DNA from: a virus
Taxonomy: Duplodnaviria; Caudoviricetes
Strand: one strand, 5' to 3'
DNA length: 26,150 nt
Virus record (IMG/VR): IMGVR_UViG_3300037042_000843
Coordinates: 1-26,150 of that record
This document shows positions 16,015 through 25,444 of the stretch, piece by piece. A model generated the notes under the pieces. The model saw only the letters and a program-made list of their open reading frames with translations. It was not told where the DNA came from and searched no databases. How positions within the stretch are numbered: position 1 is the first letter of the stretch; each line of letters begins with the position of its first letter. Both the position numbers and the translations under genes were made by a program.

Positions 16015-17877
16015 TTAGTTTATTTCGCATGCACCACCAGCACATGCAGGAGTCTGTCCAAAGTCAGTGCTGTCGTCTATCTCTATAACGTTAGACAGAT
16101 CGACATCAGCCAAGTGAGAATATAATTCGTTAAATTCTTCTTCTGTACAGTTTTCAAATGGAGCCTGCTTATAGCTTCCGTTGTCATACGGAAGAACTGA
16201 GATGCCATTATATGACCCCTTGTTCTCCCACATCCACTTCTTAACGCTTGCCCACTCTTCAGACTTCACTGATATTGTAGCCGACACGTTATTAGTATTA
16301 TGACCGCTTCGATGTCCTACTCTAACCCATTCCGTATTAAATCTACTAACCCTATCTAGTAATTCTGCGGCACTTTCGGTACGTAAGATTGATCCGTGTG
16401 GCGCGCGCTGAGGTATAGAGATTACAGCCTGTGTTGTAGGGCTAAAGTACTCGTCCTCTACAAGAAGTGGGTGATTTATAGCTAGGTACGAGTATATAGC
16501 TTCGTTCTTTGCTACTCTCATTCTTCTTATATAGAAGTCGTTATGCCATGCATGAATCCCTGAAGATGTTCCTAACACACAACTGGTTGTGCCTGATGGC
16601 TTTACTGTGGTTACTCTTGCTGCTTTATTTATTCCTATTCGTTCTGCTAGATCTTCGTTTGTCTTCATTGCTACATTTGCAGCAGCTACTAAGTCTAAGC
16701 CAAGTACTGCGCCACTAGCAATCCCTGTTAATCCTACACCAATAAGTGCGTCCTTTTCTGTGGTTCGTCTCCAAATGTCTCTTAGATAATGGAAGTCAGT
16801 GAATCCTGCTTGAAGAGTTCCAAAAAATGCTGCCGTTGATACTCTATTTTCGAAATCCTCTTGAGATTCTAAACTAGACACAGATACTTCGGTTAGATTA
16901 CAGAACTGAAATGGACGTAGTGCAATTTCACAGCATGGATTCGTGCCGTAGTCCTTATCATTACTGAAATATACACCAGGCTCTCCTGCATTAGAAGCCT
17001 CTACCTTGTCCATCAGCTCATAGAACTCAGTCTCTTTTATCTTGTGACGAAGTATGACGGCAGAGTTATTTGCTCTGCCTCTCTGCTCATTTAACTCGTA
17101 CCATGCCCCGAACTTAGAAGTCTTCATTGCCTCGTCGTCAAAAGAGAATAACGAGATCATAGCAGCACGTCGAATTCCTCCTGCTAGTACGGCATTTGCG
17201 ATATGACACATGATGTCATGGACCTCTAGTGTTGATAAATTTGAACCTGTAGCCTTACCTCTAAGTATTGATTCAATTTTTTCTAAGCATAACCTAAGTG
17301 GCTCAGGTCCTGGGGCTTTTCCGCCTGCTGTTATCAATAGCGCGCCCTTTGCTCTAATGTCGTTATAATCAAAACGAGGTCTAGTAGAGCTTACACCAAA
17401 GTAAGCCTTCATTAACGCCTTTACCGCATCTGCCCATCCTTCGATACTGTCTGCTACAACAAATTTTCTATCCTTAGTTGGATGAGTTATTGTAGGAAGC
17501 TTTTCTACATGATGGAACTGTACAGAATATCCAACACCAGTACCGCCTAACAATAAGAACATAGCCTCACCAAACGCTCTAAAGTCATCTACTGGCATGT
17601 ATGCACAGTTGTATATCCTAGCTTCGTTTCTATCGATAGCAGGACCTGCGAACTGCATTGCTCTCATTGACGGGAGGATTGTCTTGTCTCTTATTAACAC
17701 CATGTTGTTAATAATCTCATCAGATAGAGACGGATATCTTCTGACCAACATGTCTTGATATCTATCGCATATATCTGCCCATGACTCTCTAGTATTCTTT
17801 TCTTTTAGAAATTTTGCATACTTTGTGAAGACCGTGATATCGGACAGTATGTTTACGCTTACATCTTTTTTATTCAT
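16015..17877 (-). CDS. nrdJ: Class II (adenosylcobalamin-dependent) monomeric-type ribonucleotide reductase
   Basis: LPSMR, YNCAY, GGIRRAAMI, GTNPCCEI, FCNLTEV, VKPSGT and a C-terminal CAGGAC cysteine pair. No beta-subunit gene nearby. Confidence 0.93.
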   Translation of the reverse strand: MNKKDVSVNILSDITVFTKYAKFLKEKNTRESWADICDRYQDMLVRRYPSLSDEIINNMVLIRDKTILPSMRAMQFAGPAIDRNEARIYNCAYMPVDDFRAFGEAMFLLLGGTGVGYSVQFHHVEKLPTITHPTKDRKFVVADSIEGWADAVKALMKAYFGVSSTRPRFDYNDIRAKGALLITAGGKAPGPEPLRLCLEKIESILRGKATGSNLSTLEVHDIMCHIANAVLAGGIRRAAMISLFSFDDEAMKTSKFGAWYELNEQRGRANNSAVILRHKIKETEFYELMDKVEASNAGEPGVYFSNDKDYGTNPCCEIALRPFQFCNLTEVSVSSLESQEDFENRVSTAAFFGTLQAGFTDFHYLRDIWRRTTEKDALIGVGLTGIASGAVLGLDLVAAANVAMKTNEDLAERIGINKAARVTTVKPSGTTSCVLGTSSGIHAWHNDFYIRRMRVAKNEAIYSYLAINHPLLVEDEYFSPTTQAVISIPQRAPHGSILRTESAAELLDRVSRFNTEWVRVGHRSGHNTNNVSATISVKSEEWASVKKWMWENKGSYNGISVLPYDNGSYKQAPFENCTEEEFNELYSHLADVDLSNVIEIDDSTDFGQTPACAGGACEIN

Positions 17878-17897
17878 CTATTTAAAATTTACATTGT

Positions 17898-18155
17898 TTA
17901 CACTTCTTTCGTAGTTCCATCATATACATATGTTTTACCGTAGTTACCCTTCTTTATCTCGTTCATCCTGAACTCTTGCAGTGGGCGAGGCTTCTTGCCT
18001 AGCTGCTTGACCTCATAGAACTCTGCCATACAGCCTGGCGGTAGGGCTAACAGATCTGGTATCCCAGGCTTATTAGTTACCGACAGCTTGATGACGTAGT
18101 ATCCGTCAGCCTCTAGCTTCTTAATTAACTTCGCTTGAATTTTTGATTCTAACAT
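17898..18155 (-). CDS. VRR-NUC-type PD-(D/E)xK nuclease (resolvase-like)
   Basis: ESKIQ...GIPDLL...FYEVK...PRPLQ. Confidence 0.85.
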   Translation of the reverse strand: MLESKIQAKLIKKLEADGYYVIKLSVTNKPGIPDLLALPPGCMAEFYEVKQLGKKPRPLQEFRMNEIKKGNYGKTYVYDGTTKEV

Positions 18156-18376
18156 TTAAATATCACGTTACACTTATCTAGGTTATTAATTAGTTTAGAT
18201 AGGTCGGCTAATCTAACGAAATTTAAGTTAACATCCAAGACTTTTGCTGAATTAATTAAAATCTTTCCGTCAAGTAGCTCAAAATTATCCACTAAGATGT
18301 TGTGCATCTTAGGCACCTCTAGGTCGAACGCCTTGATAAGTTCTTGGACGTTCGGGTCAGTTAGTATTTTCTTCAT
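18149..18376 (-). CDS. Hypothetical protein (75 aa)
   Basis: ORF track. Overlaps both neighbours in an operon-like array. Confidence 0.65.
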   Translation of the reverse strand: MKKILTDPNVQELIKAFDLEVPKMHNILVDNFELLDGKILINSAKVLDVNLNFVRLADLSKLINNLDKCNVIFKC

Positions 18377-18560
18377 ACCGTTCTTTAATTAGTTGTTTCA
18401 ATTCGTCCGACAGCTCGTCCCACTTAACTAAGTGATACTTGCCGTTCGACTCCTTCTTGAACCAGTAGGGCATGAACATGTACTCGTCCGTCTGGTTCAT
18501 CACCTTGAACGACATGCTACTGAGCCACTTCCTTACCGTTCTGCTAAGTTTTAATTCCAT
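18357..18560 (-). CDS. Hypothetical protein (67 aa)
   Basis: ORF track. Overlaps both neighbours and its codon style matches the arm. Confidence 0.65.
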   Translation of the reverse strand: MELKLSRTVRKWLSSMSFKVMNQTDEYMFMPYWFKKESNGKYHLVKWDELSDELKQLIKERYEENTN

Positions 18561-19782
18561 AGTCCTTCTTAAAAATGTTAGTTGTGTACTTTTTCTTTGC
18601 TTTTACTACCTTGTATATCTTCTCCTCTATCCCTCCACGAGAGAAGATCCAGAAGACTTCATTACTTAGTCTATCCATGGTCGTGAGTCGGTCCTTTGCT
18701 TGGAAGTAAGACACAGCTGAGTGCTGTATGTTATACATCACCAAGTAGTCGGCAGCCTTTAACGATATACCCTCCCTTGAACTGACAACCTGACCGACGA
18801 AGTGCTTGTCTGTCGAGTTGAACTCGTCTAGGTCGTTTGTCACGTTTTCTGCACCAAATACTTGACTTATCAGGTTAAGTTCTTCCTTGAATATATACAT
18901 GATGGCTAGCTTGCTACCAGCAAAACGTTCCTTAATAAACTCAGCCTTAGAGGTGTCTAGTGTCATGCTGTTGCCACTCTCGAACTTACACGTCCCACTC
19001 CATAGCTGGTGCATCTTCTGCATGAGCTTGGCTGCTGTGTCGGCTAGTATAACCTCCTCCTTACCTTCTATCACTAGGTCTCTACACAGCTTGTCAACCA
19101 TTAACTTTGTTGACGGCTTCATGTCTACGTATAGGACGGTCTCCTTGATCTCCGTCTCGAAACCAGCCTGCGACTGTGTGTAGGTCAGCATGAGATGAGC
19201 AATGTCACCCATTATCTTTGTCTCGATGCCAGCTGAGTAGTCGTTATGAACGAATGACCCGATTCTCTTCTGTGAGATGTTCACGTAGTCGTGTGCCCAC
19301 TTATAGAATCCTGGGTACCTCGTCCAAGGTGAACGACCTGACACCCAGAACTGATGGAAGAGCTGAGAAAATGACTCTGGACACATCGTACCTGACAAGA
19401 ATATCATCGGCTTGTCTGAGAATAGTTTCTTAAACAACTTAGCACCACCAGATGGCTTGGGAAAACTTCCAAAGCGGTGATTTTCATCATGTATGACTAG
19501 GTCGAACCTTGACGGGTTGAGTATCTTGTGCATGGACTCGTCGTTGATTACCGTTATGTTGAACTCATAACCGAAGTCGTTGTAGTCGTCAAGTATTCCG
19601 TCTATAGCCTTCTTCTTAGTTAAGAATAACACCTCCTTAAAGTCAAGGATGGACGCTATCTCCATTGACGTTGCCGACTTCCCAGTTCTTACCTCCATGC
19701 TTAGGTACAGCATACCGAACTTATCTAGTATGACTGCACCGTTATCAGCTATGGTCTTTTGGTATGGTCTAAGAGTCTTCAT
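18544..19782 (-). CDS. Superfamily 2 (SNF2-like) helicase/ATPase
   Basis: LRPYQ Q-motif, MEVRTGKS Walker A, DENH Walker B, LSGT motif III, EGISL motif V and QAKDR motif VI. Confidence 0.85.
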   Translation of the reverse strand: MKTLRPYQKTIADNGAVILDKFGMLYLSMEVRTGKSATSMEIASILDFKEVLFLTKKKAIDGILDDYNDFGYEFNITVINDESMHKILNPSRFDLVIHDENHRFGSFPKPSGGAKLFKKLFSDKPMIFLSGTMCPESFSQLFHQFWVSGRSPWTRYPGFYKWAHDYVNISQKRIGSFVHNDYSAGIETKIMGDIAHLMLTYTQSQAGFETEIKETVLYVDMKPSTKLMVDKLCRDLVIEGKEEVILADTAAKLMQKMHQLWSGTCKFESGNSMTLDTSKAEFIKERFAGSKLAIMYIFKEELNLISQVFGAENVTNDLDEFNSTDKHFVGQVVSSREGISLKAADYLVMYNIQHSAVSYFQAKDRLTTMDRLSNEVFWIFSRGGIEEKIYKVVKAKKKYTTNIFKKDYGIKT

Positions 19783-22157
19783 ACCTTCATCTTAGTTTGT
19801 TCTGCATGCTTCACATCGAAACGTATCATCTTACCGTTCGCTGCTCTCCACGTGTACGGCTTAGTGTTGTACATAAAGTCTCCCCACATGTCGATCCACT
19901 GGTAGAACTTCTTCTGAGGAAGGGTGAACTTACCACGTGGACCGTAGTCGGTGTTCTGCTCTGTGAAGTCGTTGTATAGGTCTTGTGCTGGACACTCGCT
20001 GAGAGCCTTCGTTCGTTGATTAAACCCATCCCTAGCCCAGTCATAGAAGTCCATAGACGTTCGTGCAATGAACCCACGCTCTCTAAGGTTCTTGAACGTT
20101 GACTTCATAAGTCCCTTGTTTAAGTACAGCTGTAGGTTTGATATCATGTAGTTGTCGAACTTGTTCCATTCACAATCATCCCACTGAGTGAACAACTGAT
20201 GACCAAACTCATGCTCTGGTGTGTGGTTCTTGTGGTAGTGCTGTGCGAACTCTAGCTCCCACTTACGACGCTCGAACGAGTTACCGTCACCCTTGATGGC
20301 GTAGTTGGTCGTTATGACAATCTTTGGTGACCGTTCAAATGGTATATGAATCTCGTCCTTGTTCTTCTTCTCTAGAGTGATACCCTCGGTGATAATACTG
20401 AACAGCTTCTCAAAGTCAAAGTTCTTGCTCACGTCATCAAACACAAGCATCTGAGTGTCAGCTGATACACGTTGGTACGGGAAAGCCTTGGTAAAACTGA
20501 ACGCCTTGCCGTCAATAATAACTGACTTCTTAAGGTGACCAACAGAGCTAACGAATATCCCCTTACCAGTACCACCCTCTGGGTTGTCCGATATGACCTC
20601 GTCATTAATAATGACGGCAGGACTGTAGCTAGCAGGCTTGTGGCTATGCAAAAGATAACCAGCCGTTGACTCGATAGACCTTATCCTATCATCGTCTGAC
20701 CCTCCAATGTTGCTGATAAACTTCTTGAACACAGCGTCCGAGAAGTCTGCCTTCTTGAAGTTACGGTTTATCTTCTGCTTCTCCCATATGTATCCCTCTA
20801 TGTCCATGTAGTCTATCGTCTCTATCTTGTCCTTGGTAACTCTGACCACACAGTTCTTGAAGTATAGGTGAGCTGTATCAACAGTGTCTGTCATGATAGA
20901 CGGCTTGATGGCATTAAGAAACGAAAGATGGTCCTCCTTAAATAGTTTAGTCTTGTCGGCAAAGTAGTTGTATATGCTCTTGTCCTCTAGGCTATGTAAA
21001 GCCTTCAGCACCACGTCCTTGATGGTGTCGTCTGATGCGTCAGATATGATGTTGTTGTTTATCTGAACAAATACAGACGCAGATCCACCCTCGATATAAA
21101 ACTTGTTATAACCCATGCTCTCTAGGTACTCCTTATATAAATGATTAATATGTGTGATGGCTCCCTTAGAGTTCTTTGACCAGAACACACCTGGAGCGTC
21201 GTCCTCTTCGCTTGCAATTGACTCGATAATGTCGTGTGGTACCTTGCTGTTAAGTTTAACTAACTCAACGGTAGGAACACCCTTCTTAGCTAGAGTCTTG
21301 ATGGCATCTATCTTTGTTGTGTCCTCATAGAACTTGGTGTTGTGTGATGACTCGTTCTTATATGCTGACCGAAGTATCGTGAGTATCTCCTTATCTTTTC
21401 CTCCCTCGTCGTATGACAGCATGACCGACCGAGCGTCAGCCTCTGGTATCCCAAACTCGTTAAGTGCTGAGGCTAGGATGAATAGGTTGTTGTTCTTTGC
21501 GCCTGCAACCATGCCGAACTCCTTGTTCCACCATATGTTAAGTCGTCGTATCACCTCGTTGTCGTTGTCAAGAACGATGGTAGATCGAGAGGTCTTCTTC
21601 TCGAACACCTGGTGCTCCTCGACTAGTATCTTGTCCCACGTTCTGCTATCCTTGTTGACGTATATGTCTGGGTCGTATGACTCGTAGCACACACGTGATA
21701 TATCTTTTGTTGACGTGTCGAACTCTGGCACGTTGTAGTACTTCTGTAGTGATAGGAAGTAGTTGAGGTGGTTATCTATGTCAGATGGGACTTTTACCAG
21801 TACCTTTATTCCGTCACCTGATGGGGACGTGAACACCGAGTAAGAGTACTCGTCAGCACACAGAGTGTCTCTGTAGTCCGTCATGGACCACTCGTCAGCA
21901 AATCCATCGAAGTCGATGCAGATAAATCCGCTGTGCTTCTGTATGGACTTCTTCTCTCTCTTTAAGAACTCGCCACTGAAACAGATGGCTGGCAGTTTCT
22001 TTTTAATTTCGTTCCTCTTAGGTTTATCGTCGGGATGACTTCTGATCGCCTCACACAAGTCCTTTGAGTTGCCGTTCTTAATTCGTTCGATAGCATAATC
22101 AACTGACCTATAGAATGGTTGAGACGTATCAGATAGTGACTTGAAGTATGTTATCAT
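19779..22157 (-). CDS. Primase-helicase: BT4734/VirE-N-like primase domain, PriCT-like domain and P-loop helicase
   Basis: KKKLPAICFSGEF, HSGFICIDFD, FTSPSGDGIK, DISRVCYESYDP; GAKNNNLFILA (PriCT-like); EGGTGKG Walker A, FDD Walker B, ITTNY. Confidence 0.85.
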   Translation of the reverse strand: MITYFKSLSDTSQPFYRSVDYAIERIKNGNSKDLCEAIRSHPDDKPKRNEIKKKLPAICFSGEFLKREKKSIQKHSGFICIDFDGFADEWSMTDYRDTLCADEYSYSVFTSPSGDGIKVLVKVPSDIDNHLNYFLSLQKYYNVPEFDTSTKDISRVCYESYDPDIYVNKDSRTWDKILVEEHQVFEKKTSRSTIVLDNDNEVIRRLNIWWNKEFGMVAGAKNNNLFILASALNEFGIPEADARSVMLSYDEGGKDKEILTILRSAYKNESSHNTKFYEDTTKIDAIKTLAKKGVPTVELVKLNSKVPHDIIESIASEEDDAPGVFWSKNSKGAITHINHLYKEYLESMGYNKFYIEGGSASVFVQINNNIISDASDDTIKDVVLKALHSLEDKSIYNYFADKTKLFKEDHLSFLNAIKPSIMTDTVDTAHLYFKNCVVRVTKDKIETIDYMDIEGYIWEKQKINRNFKKADFSDAVFKKFISNIGGSDDDRIRSIESTAGYLLHSHKPASYSPAVIINDEVISDNPEGGTGKGIFVSSVGHLKKSVIIDGKAFSFTKAFPYQRVSADTQMLVFDDVSKNFDFEKLFSIITEGITLEKKNKDEIHIPFERSPKIVITTNYAIKGDGNSFERRKWELEFAQHYHKNHTPEHEFGHQLFTQWDDCEWNKFDNYMISNLQLYLNKGLMKSTFKNLRERGFIARTSMDFYDWARDGFNQRTKALSECPAQDLYNDFTEQNTDYGPRGKFTLPQKKFYQWIDMWGDFMYNTKPYTWRAANGKMIRFDVKHAEQTKMKV

Positions 22158-22211
22158 ATGTATTTAGATATAATTTGATGTGTTTTGATGTAATTGTATG
22201 CGATTGCATAT

Positions 22212-22239
22212 AAAAACCCACCGACGGTTAATCGGTGGG
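22212..22239 (-). terminator. Intrinsic terminator downstream of the SSB-like gene
   Basis: 8-bp GC-rich stem CCCACCGA / TCGGTGGG with a 7-nt loop, followed on the - strand by TTTTT. Confidence 0.8.
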
Positions 22240-22254
22240 CTAAGTGATTGATTA

Positions 22255-22614
22255 TCAGAACGGTAAGTCGTCATCCTCTGCCTCAGTAGTAACCTCAGCT
22301 ACAACCTTGACTGGCTTAGGCTTCGCTGGTGCAGCACCTATTGCCTCAACTCTGAACGCCTTTAAAGTGTTGAAGTACTTAACGTCTCCAGTTGGACTAG
22401 TCCACTCACGACCTCTGATGTCGAACGACACCTCTACCTCTTGACCTTCCATAAACGCATCTAGTAATGACGTTTGGTCTTGCTGTAGTTCGAGCATAAT
22501 ATCTTGAGGATACTTGTCGTCTGGGGTTGTTACTATCATTTCTCTCTTAGAAAATTTGTCTGATACTTGTTGAGTATCCTTGATGACCTTGATGGTCCCT
22601 TGTAATTTGAACAT
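22255..22614 (-). CDS. DUF3127-family ssDNA-binding protein
   Basis: FSKRE...KYPQ...VSFDIRGREW...KYFNTL.A, with an acidic SSB-type tail DDDLPF. Confidence 0.85.
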   Translation of the reverse strand: MFKLQGTIKVIKDTQQVSDKFSKREMIVTTPDDKYPQDIMLELQQDQTSLLDAFMEGQEVEVSFDIRGREWTSPTGDVKYFNTLKAFRVEAIGAAPAKPKPVKVVAEVTTEAEDDDLPF

Positions 22615-22615
22615 G

Positions 22616-23443
22616 TTATTTGTTTTTATTTAAGATTTCATTTCTATATAACTCTGCATACTTTCTTGCAGCAACTATCCTGATGTTCATGTGCTTGATG
22701 TCAGCATCCGTAAGCTCTACCTTTGTCACAGTAACACGCATGTTATCAGGAACGTCAGACATTACGTGAAGGCTGTCGCTCTCCCACTCAGGAACTAGTC
22801 CCTCTGGTGTGTCGACAAGCGCATGGAACACCTCTCCAGTTCTCCAAGAGTCGTCGCCAGTCATACCAATCAGCATGTATAGGTAAGCCTTTACCTGCCA
22901 CTCATACGTGCCGTTGTACTCTGGTCGCTTAGGGAACGTCTTCTTGGTCCATGAGGACTTTGCATCCTTAACCATCTTGGTGTTACTACACACGATGTCA
23001 GGGTGTCCTACCAAGCTGTTGTAAGATAGGCTCGCATACTCGTCACCTTCGACCAACTTCTTGTGGTCGGTAAAGAACACACGATTATACACCTCAATGG
23101 CTCCGTCCTCAACAGTTGTGTCGGATCCCTTGTCCATCTCCTTGGTAGACACGTGGTCGTTGTAGTGGTATAGCTCCTTGTCTATGATACCCTCGATAAA
23201 GGTCTTAGCTCCTTGAGATAGGGATATCTCTCCACGATTATAGGCGTCAGATGCAATCATTAACACGTTACGTTCGTCGTGCATGTTAGAAGTAAGCTCT
23301 AGCTTCTTCTTAGCCTTCTCGTCTGTCTCTTGAACCCATAAGCTATGTCTCTCGTTCAGCTTGTCAAACGTCCGCTGTTGTGCATCCGTCAGCCCGTCCG
23401 TCCCTAAGAACAGAGGGGCTACCCCACTAGCCCTGAACTGCAT
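22616..23443 (-). CDS. Lambda-exonuclease/YqaJ-like nuclease
   Basis: FRAS N-terminus, MDKG...E, GHPDI...DAKSSW and YEWQVKAY. Confidence 0.75.
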   Translation of the reverse strand: MQFRASGVAPLFLGTDGLTDAQQRTFDKLNERHSLWVQETDEKAKKKLELTSNMHDERNVLMIASDAYNRGEISLSQGAKTFIEGIIDKELYHYNDHVSTKEMDKGSDTTVEDGAIEVYNRVFFTDHKKLVEGDEYASLSYNSLVGHPDIVCSNTKMVKDAKSSWTKKTFPKRPEYNGTYEWQVKAYLYMLIGMTGDDSWRTGEVFHALVDTPEGLVPEWESDSLHVMSDVPDNMRVTVTKVELTDADIKHMNIRIVAARKYAELYRNEILNKNK

Positions 23444-23933
23444 CGTTCAGTTGTTTAAGTTGGTCCTCAGTAACTGAGTACTTAAGTAGAATCTTTTCTA
23501 CAGTCGTTGATCCCTTACCAACAGACGCTAGTGCCTTTGGAAAGTCTTCATCAGAGATGAACTTCAACGTGTCAGATACTTGTGGAGCTGGCTTACGAGT
23601 TGAGAACCTCAGTGCGTCAACCATTCCCTCTGGTGACTTGACCTTCTCTACTCCTAGTACAACCGTCTTACCGATGAAGTCGTTCTCGTCGACGGACTCA
23701 TACAACTTACTCAGTCGTTTGAAGTTAGTCACGTTACAGACCATCAGCTTGCTGTACTCCTTAAGTTTAACGAACACCTTCTTCTCGGTGCCCATTGATC
23801 CTACAAGAACGTCGTTCACGAACTTGTCTACTGTTACCTCCACCTGGAAGTACTTCTTGTTCTCATCGTCCCATAGGTCCCATGAGCCAAGGTGCTTGTC
23901 AGATTCTGCGAATCTTGAGCGATAGTGCGCCAT
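23427..23933 (-). CDS. Hypothetical protein, candidate recombination/ssDNA-annealing or OB-fold partner of the exonuclease
   Basis: 168-aa ORF immediately upstream of the exonuclease and SSB. The function is inferred from position only. Confidence 0.45.
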   Translation of the reverse strand: MAHYRSRFAESDKHLGSWDLWDDENKKYFQVEVTVDKFVNDVLVGSMGTEKKVFVKLKEYSKLMVCNVTNFKRLSKLYESVDENDFIGKTVVLGVEKVKSPEGMVDALRFSTRKPAPQVSDTLKFISDEDFPKALASVGKGSTTVEKILLKYSVTEDQLKQLNDAVQG

Positions 23934-23982
23934 TTATTTAATTTAATTGAGTTAGTGGTGAATACCCTCACCATTTTGGGGA

Positions 23983-24372
23983 CTACAAAGATAGCAGATT
24001 ATTCAATCTAATATCGTAATCATAGTATTTGTTAATAAGTTTTTGATAGGATTCCAATAATGACTCCGCAAGTGACTCCTTGCCGTTGAACAGTGCAAGG
24101 TCAGCCAAGTACTTGGTCTTGTTAGCTTTACGAAGGTTCACTGAGGCATTAACGTCACAGCATCCAGCCTCCCATCCATGCGTTGAGAATACATTCAGTT
24201 GTGCGTCAGTCACCTCCTCGTAGTGGTCAGAGTTAGTCATCGTGTTCTTCACCTCGAACGATCCATCGTCGAACCGTTCTATCTTCACACCGTAGTTCAC
24301 GTACCACTCGCTGTTGTTTGTTTTACATATAGTGAAGTCTTTGTTGCTAGTTAAATCTTTCCAGGCTTTCAT
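23983..24372 (-). CDS. Hypothetical protein (129 aa)
   Basis: ORF track. ATGA coupling with the upstream gene. Confidence 0.7.
   Translation of the reverse strand: MKAWKDLTSNKDFTICKTNNSEWYVNYGVKIERFDDGSFEVKNTMTNSDHYEEVTDAQLNVFSTHGWEAGCCDVNASVNLRKANKTKYLADLALFNGKESLAESLLESYQKLINKYYDYDIRLNNLLSL
23986..23993 (-). promoter_or_regulatory. Bacteroidota -7 promoter box (TATCTTTG) for the recombination/replication operon
   Basis: TAnnTTTG about 52 nt upstream of ATG 23933. A 6-bp hairpin TGGTGA/TCACCA (23956-23973) lies in the leader. Confidence 0.55.
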
Positions 24373-24773
24373 CTCTTGTTTAGTTCTTTAATTTTGTTTT
24401 TAATGTCCAACCTATCGCTCTTCTCGTTGGTCGGGTGCTCTAAATGTAGCGACAACTGATAGGCAGCGTACTCGTCCATCAACTTGTAGATTCCTTTGCC
24501 ATTAATAGTATCACTTCCATAGTACGTCTTAATAAACTCACTCGGTGTCTTCTCGTTCATCTTCTTTCTAATTTTATACCACGCATAGTAAATCGTGGAC
24601 TGGTTTGCCTTGTAGTTGTACCTATCCTTTAGGTACCTCATAATCTTTGTGGGACCGCCATACAGCTCGTAAGCCTTGTAGTAGACAACGTGCCGAGCGT
24701 GAGACTGCTTGTACGTCCTATTCACAATCATAAAGATGTGGTGGTCGTCGCCTATTATCTGCTCAATGCCCAT
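24369..24773 (-). CDS. Hypothetical protein (134 aa), possibly HTH/DnaA-C-like DNA-binding
   Basis: RT....SHARHV..Y....L......I...L......NQSTIYY resembles a DnaA C-terminal/TrpR-like HTH pattern. The match is weak. Confidence 0.5.
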   Translation of the reverse strand: MGIEQIIGDDHHIFMIVNRTYKQSHARHVVYYKAYELYGGPTKIMRYLKDRYNYKANQSTIYYAWYKIRKKMNEKTPSEFIKTYYGSDTINGKGIYKLMDEYAAYQLSLHLEHPTNEKSDRLDIKNKIKELNKR

Positions 24774-24924
24774 ACCAGTCCTTCCTTCCGCTCGGTGGGA
24801 ACACCGTCCTACTCGTCTTGATCTCTCTGTGGTCCAGGTCGTCTGCCTTGTCGAACGTCCGCTTACTCATGAACGCTAGCCACACTAGAACTAGCATAAC
24901 TAGAATTAAAATTGTTGTTATCAT
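24763..24924 (-). CDS. Small membrane-anchored protein (53 aa; not in ORF track)
   Basis: MITTILILVMLVLVWLAFMSKRTFDKADDLDHREIKTSRTVFPPSGRKDWYGH, with an N-terminal hydrophobic helix. Confidence 0.65.
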   Translation of the reverse strand: MITTILILVMLVLVWLAFMSKRTFDKADDLDHREIKTSRTVFPPSGRKDWYGH

Positions 24925-24954
24925 ATCTTATAAATTAATTAACTGTTAAAAATA

Positions 24955-25040
24955 ACATCTAGCTAGTATATTATACATTTGTAACAAATTAAGTACATTT
25001 TAGCTATTATATTACACATTTTGTGTAACACATTTTGTGT
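24955..25040. repeat. AT-rich intergenic direct and inverted repeats
   Basis: TAGCTAgTATATTAtACATTT (24960-24980) vs TAGCTAtTATATTAcACATTT (25001-25021). Tandem ACACATTTTGTGT at 25014-25026 and 25028-25040. Confidence 0.7.
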
Positions 25041-25228
25041 TATTCTGATTTAAAGGTTTTAATATAATATTCTTCAGGAGTAGAACTACCATCATAGAAT
25101 TCTCTATATCCATTTTCCCAAGCATCAATTATCTGTTGCTTAAATAACTCATTAGCTTCTGCTATATCTGAGCTATAAAGTATTCCATTTTCTGCTAGTC
25201 TTTCTACTAGTAAGTCTATTGGTGTCAT
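25040..25228 (-). CDS. Hypothetical protein (62 aa)
   Basis: KQQIIDAW..G...EEYY.KTF is a motif common in small proteins of aquatic Bacteroidota phages (from recall). Confidence 0.7.
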   Translation of the reverse strand: MTPIDLLVERLAENGILYSSDIAEANELFKQQIIDAWENGYREFYDGSSTPEEYYIKTFKSE

Positions 25229-25229
25229 A

Positions 25230-25403
25230 TTACCACTTTTTTTTATTTAATAACTTACCATAATTCTTAGGAGTTTTATTAGGTTCTTTAACCTTAATTA
25301 TTTTCTCTTCATCTTTTGGTTTATATCCTTCTTTTAAAGTCAATAAAAAGTATCTTATTAATGATTCTCCTTCTTTTTTCTCTTCATCTGTCATATTTTC
25401 CAT
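25230..25403 (-). CDS. Hypothetical Lys/Glu-rich protein (57 aa; not in ORF track)
   Basis: MENMTDEEKKEGESLIRYFLLTLKEGYKPKDEEKIIKVKEPNKTPKNYGKLLNKKKW. Its stop lies 1 nt before the next ATG. Confidence 0.6.
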   Translation of the reverse strand: MENMTDEEKKEGESLIRYFLLTLKEGYKPKDEEKIIKVKEPNKTPKNYGKLLNKKKW

Positions 25404-25444
25404 AGTAAATCCGTTTATGTGTGATTTTGTTTACACTAAGTAAT

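Noticed and set aside
19826-20077. Same-strand alternative-frame ORF inside the primase-helicase 3' end
   Set aside because: The S/T/R-rich composition is what C/G-ending codons yield in a shifted frame. There is no family signal.
14225-23925. + strand ORFs antisense to the replication arm (e.g. 14550-14882, 18887-19183, 21334-21687, 23557-23925)
   Set aside because: They fully overlap well-supported - strand genes and have shadow-frame composition.
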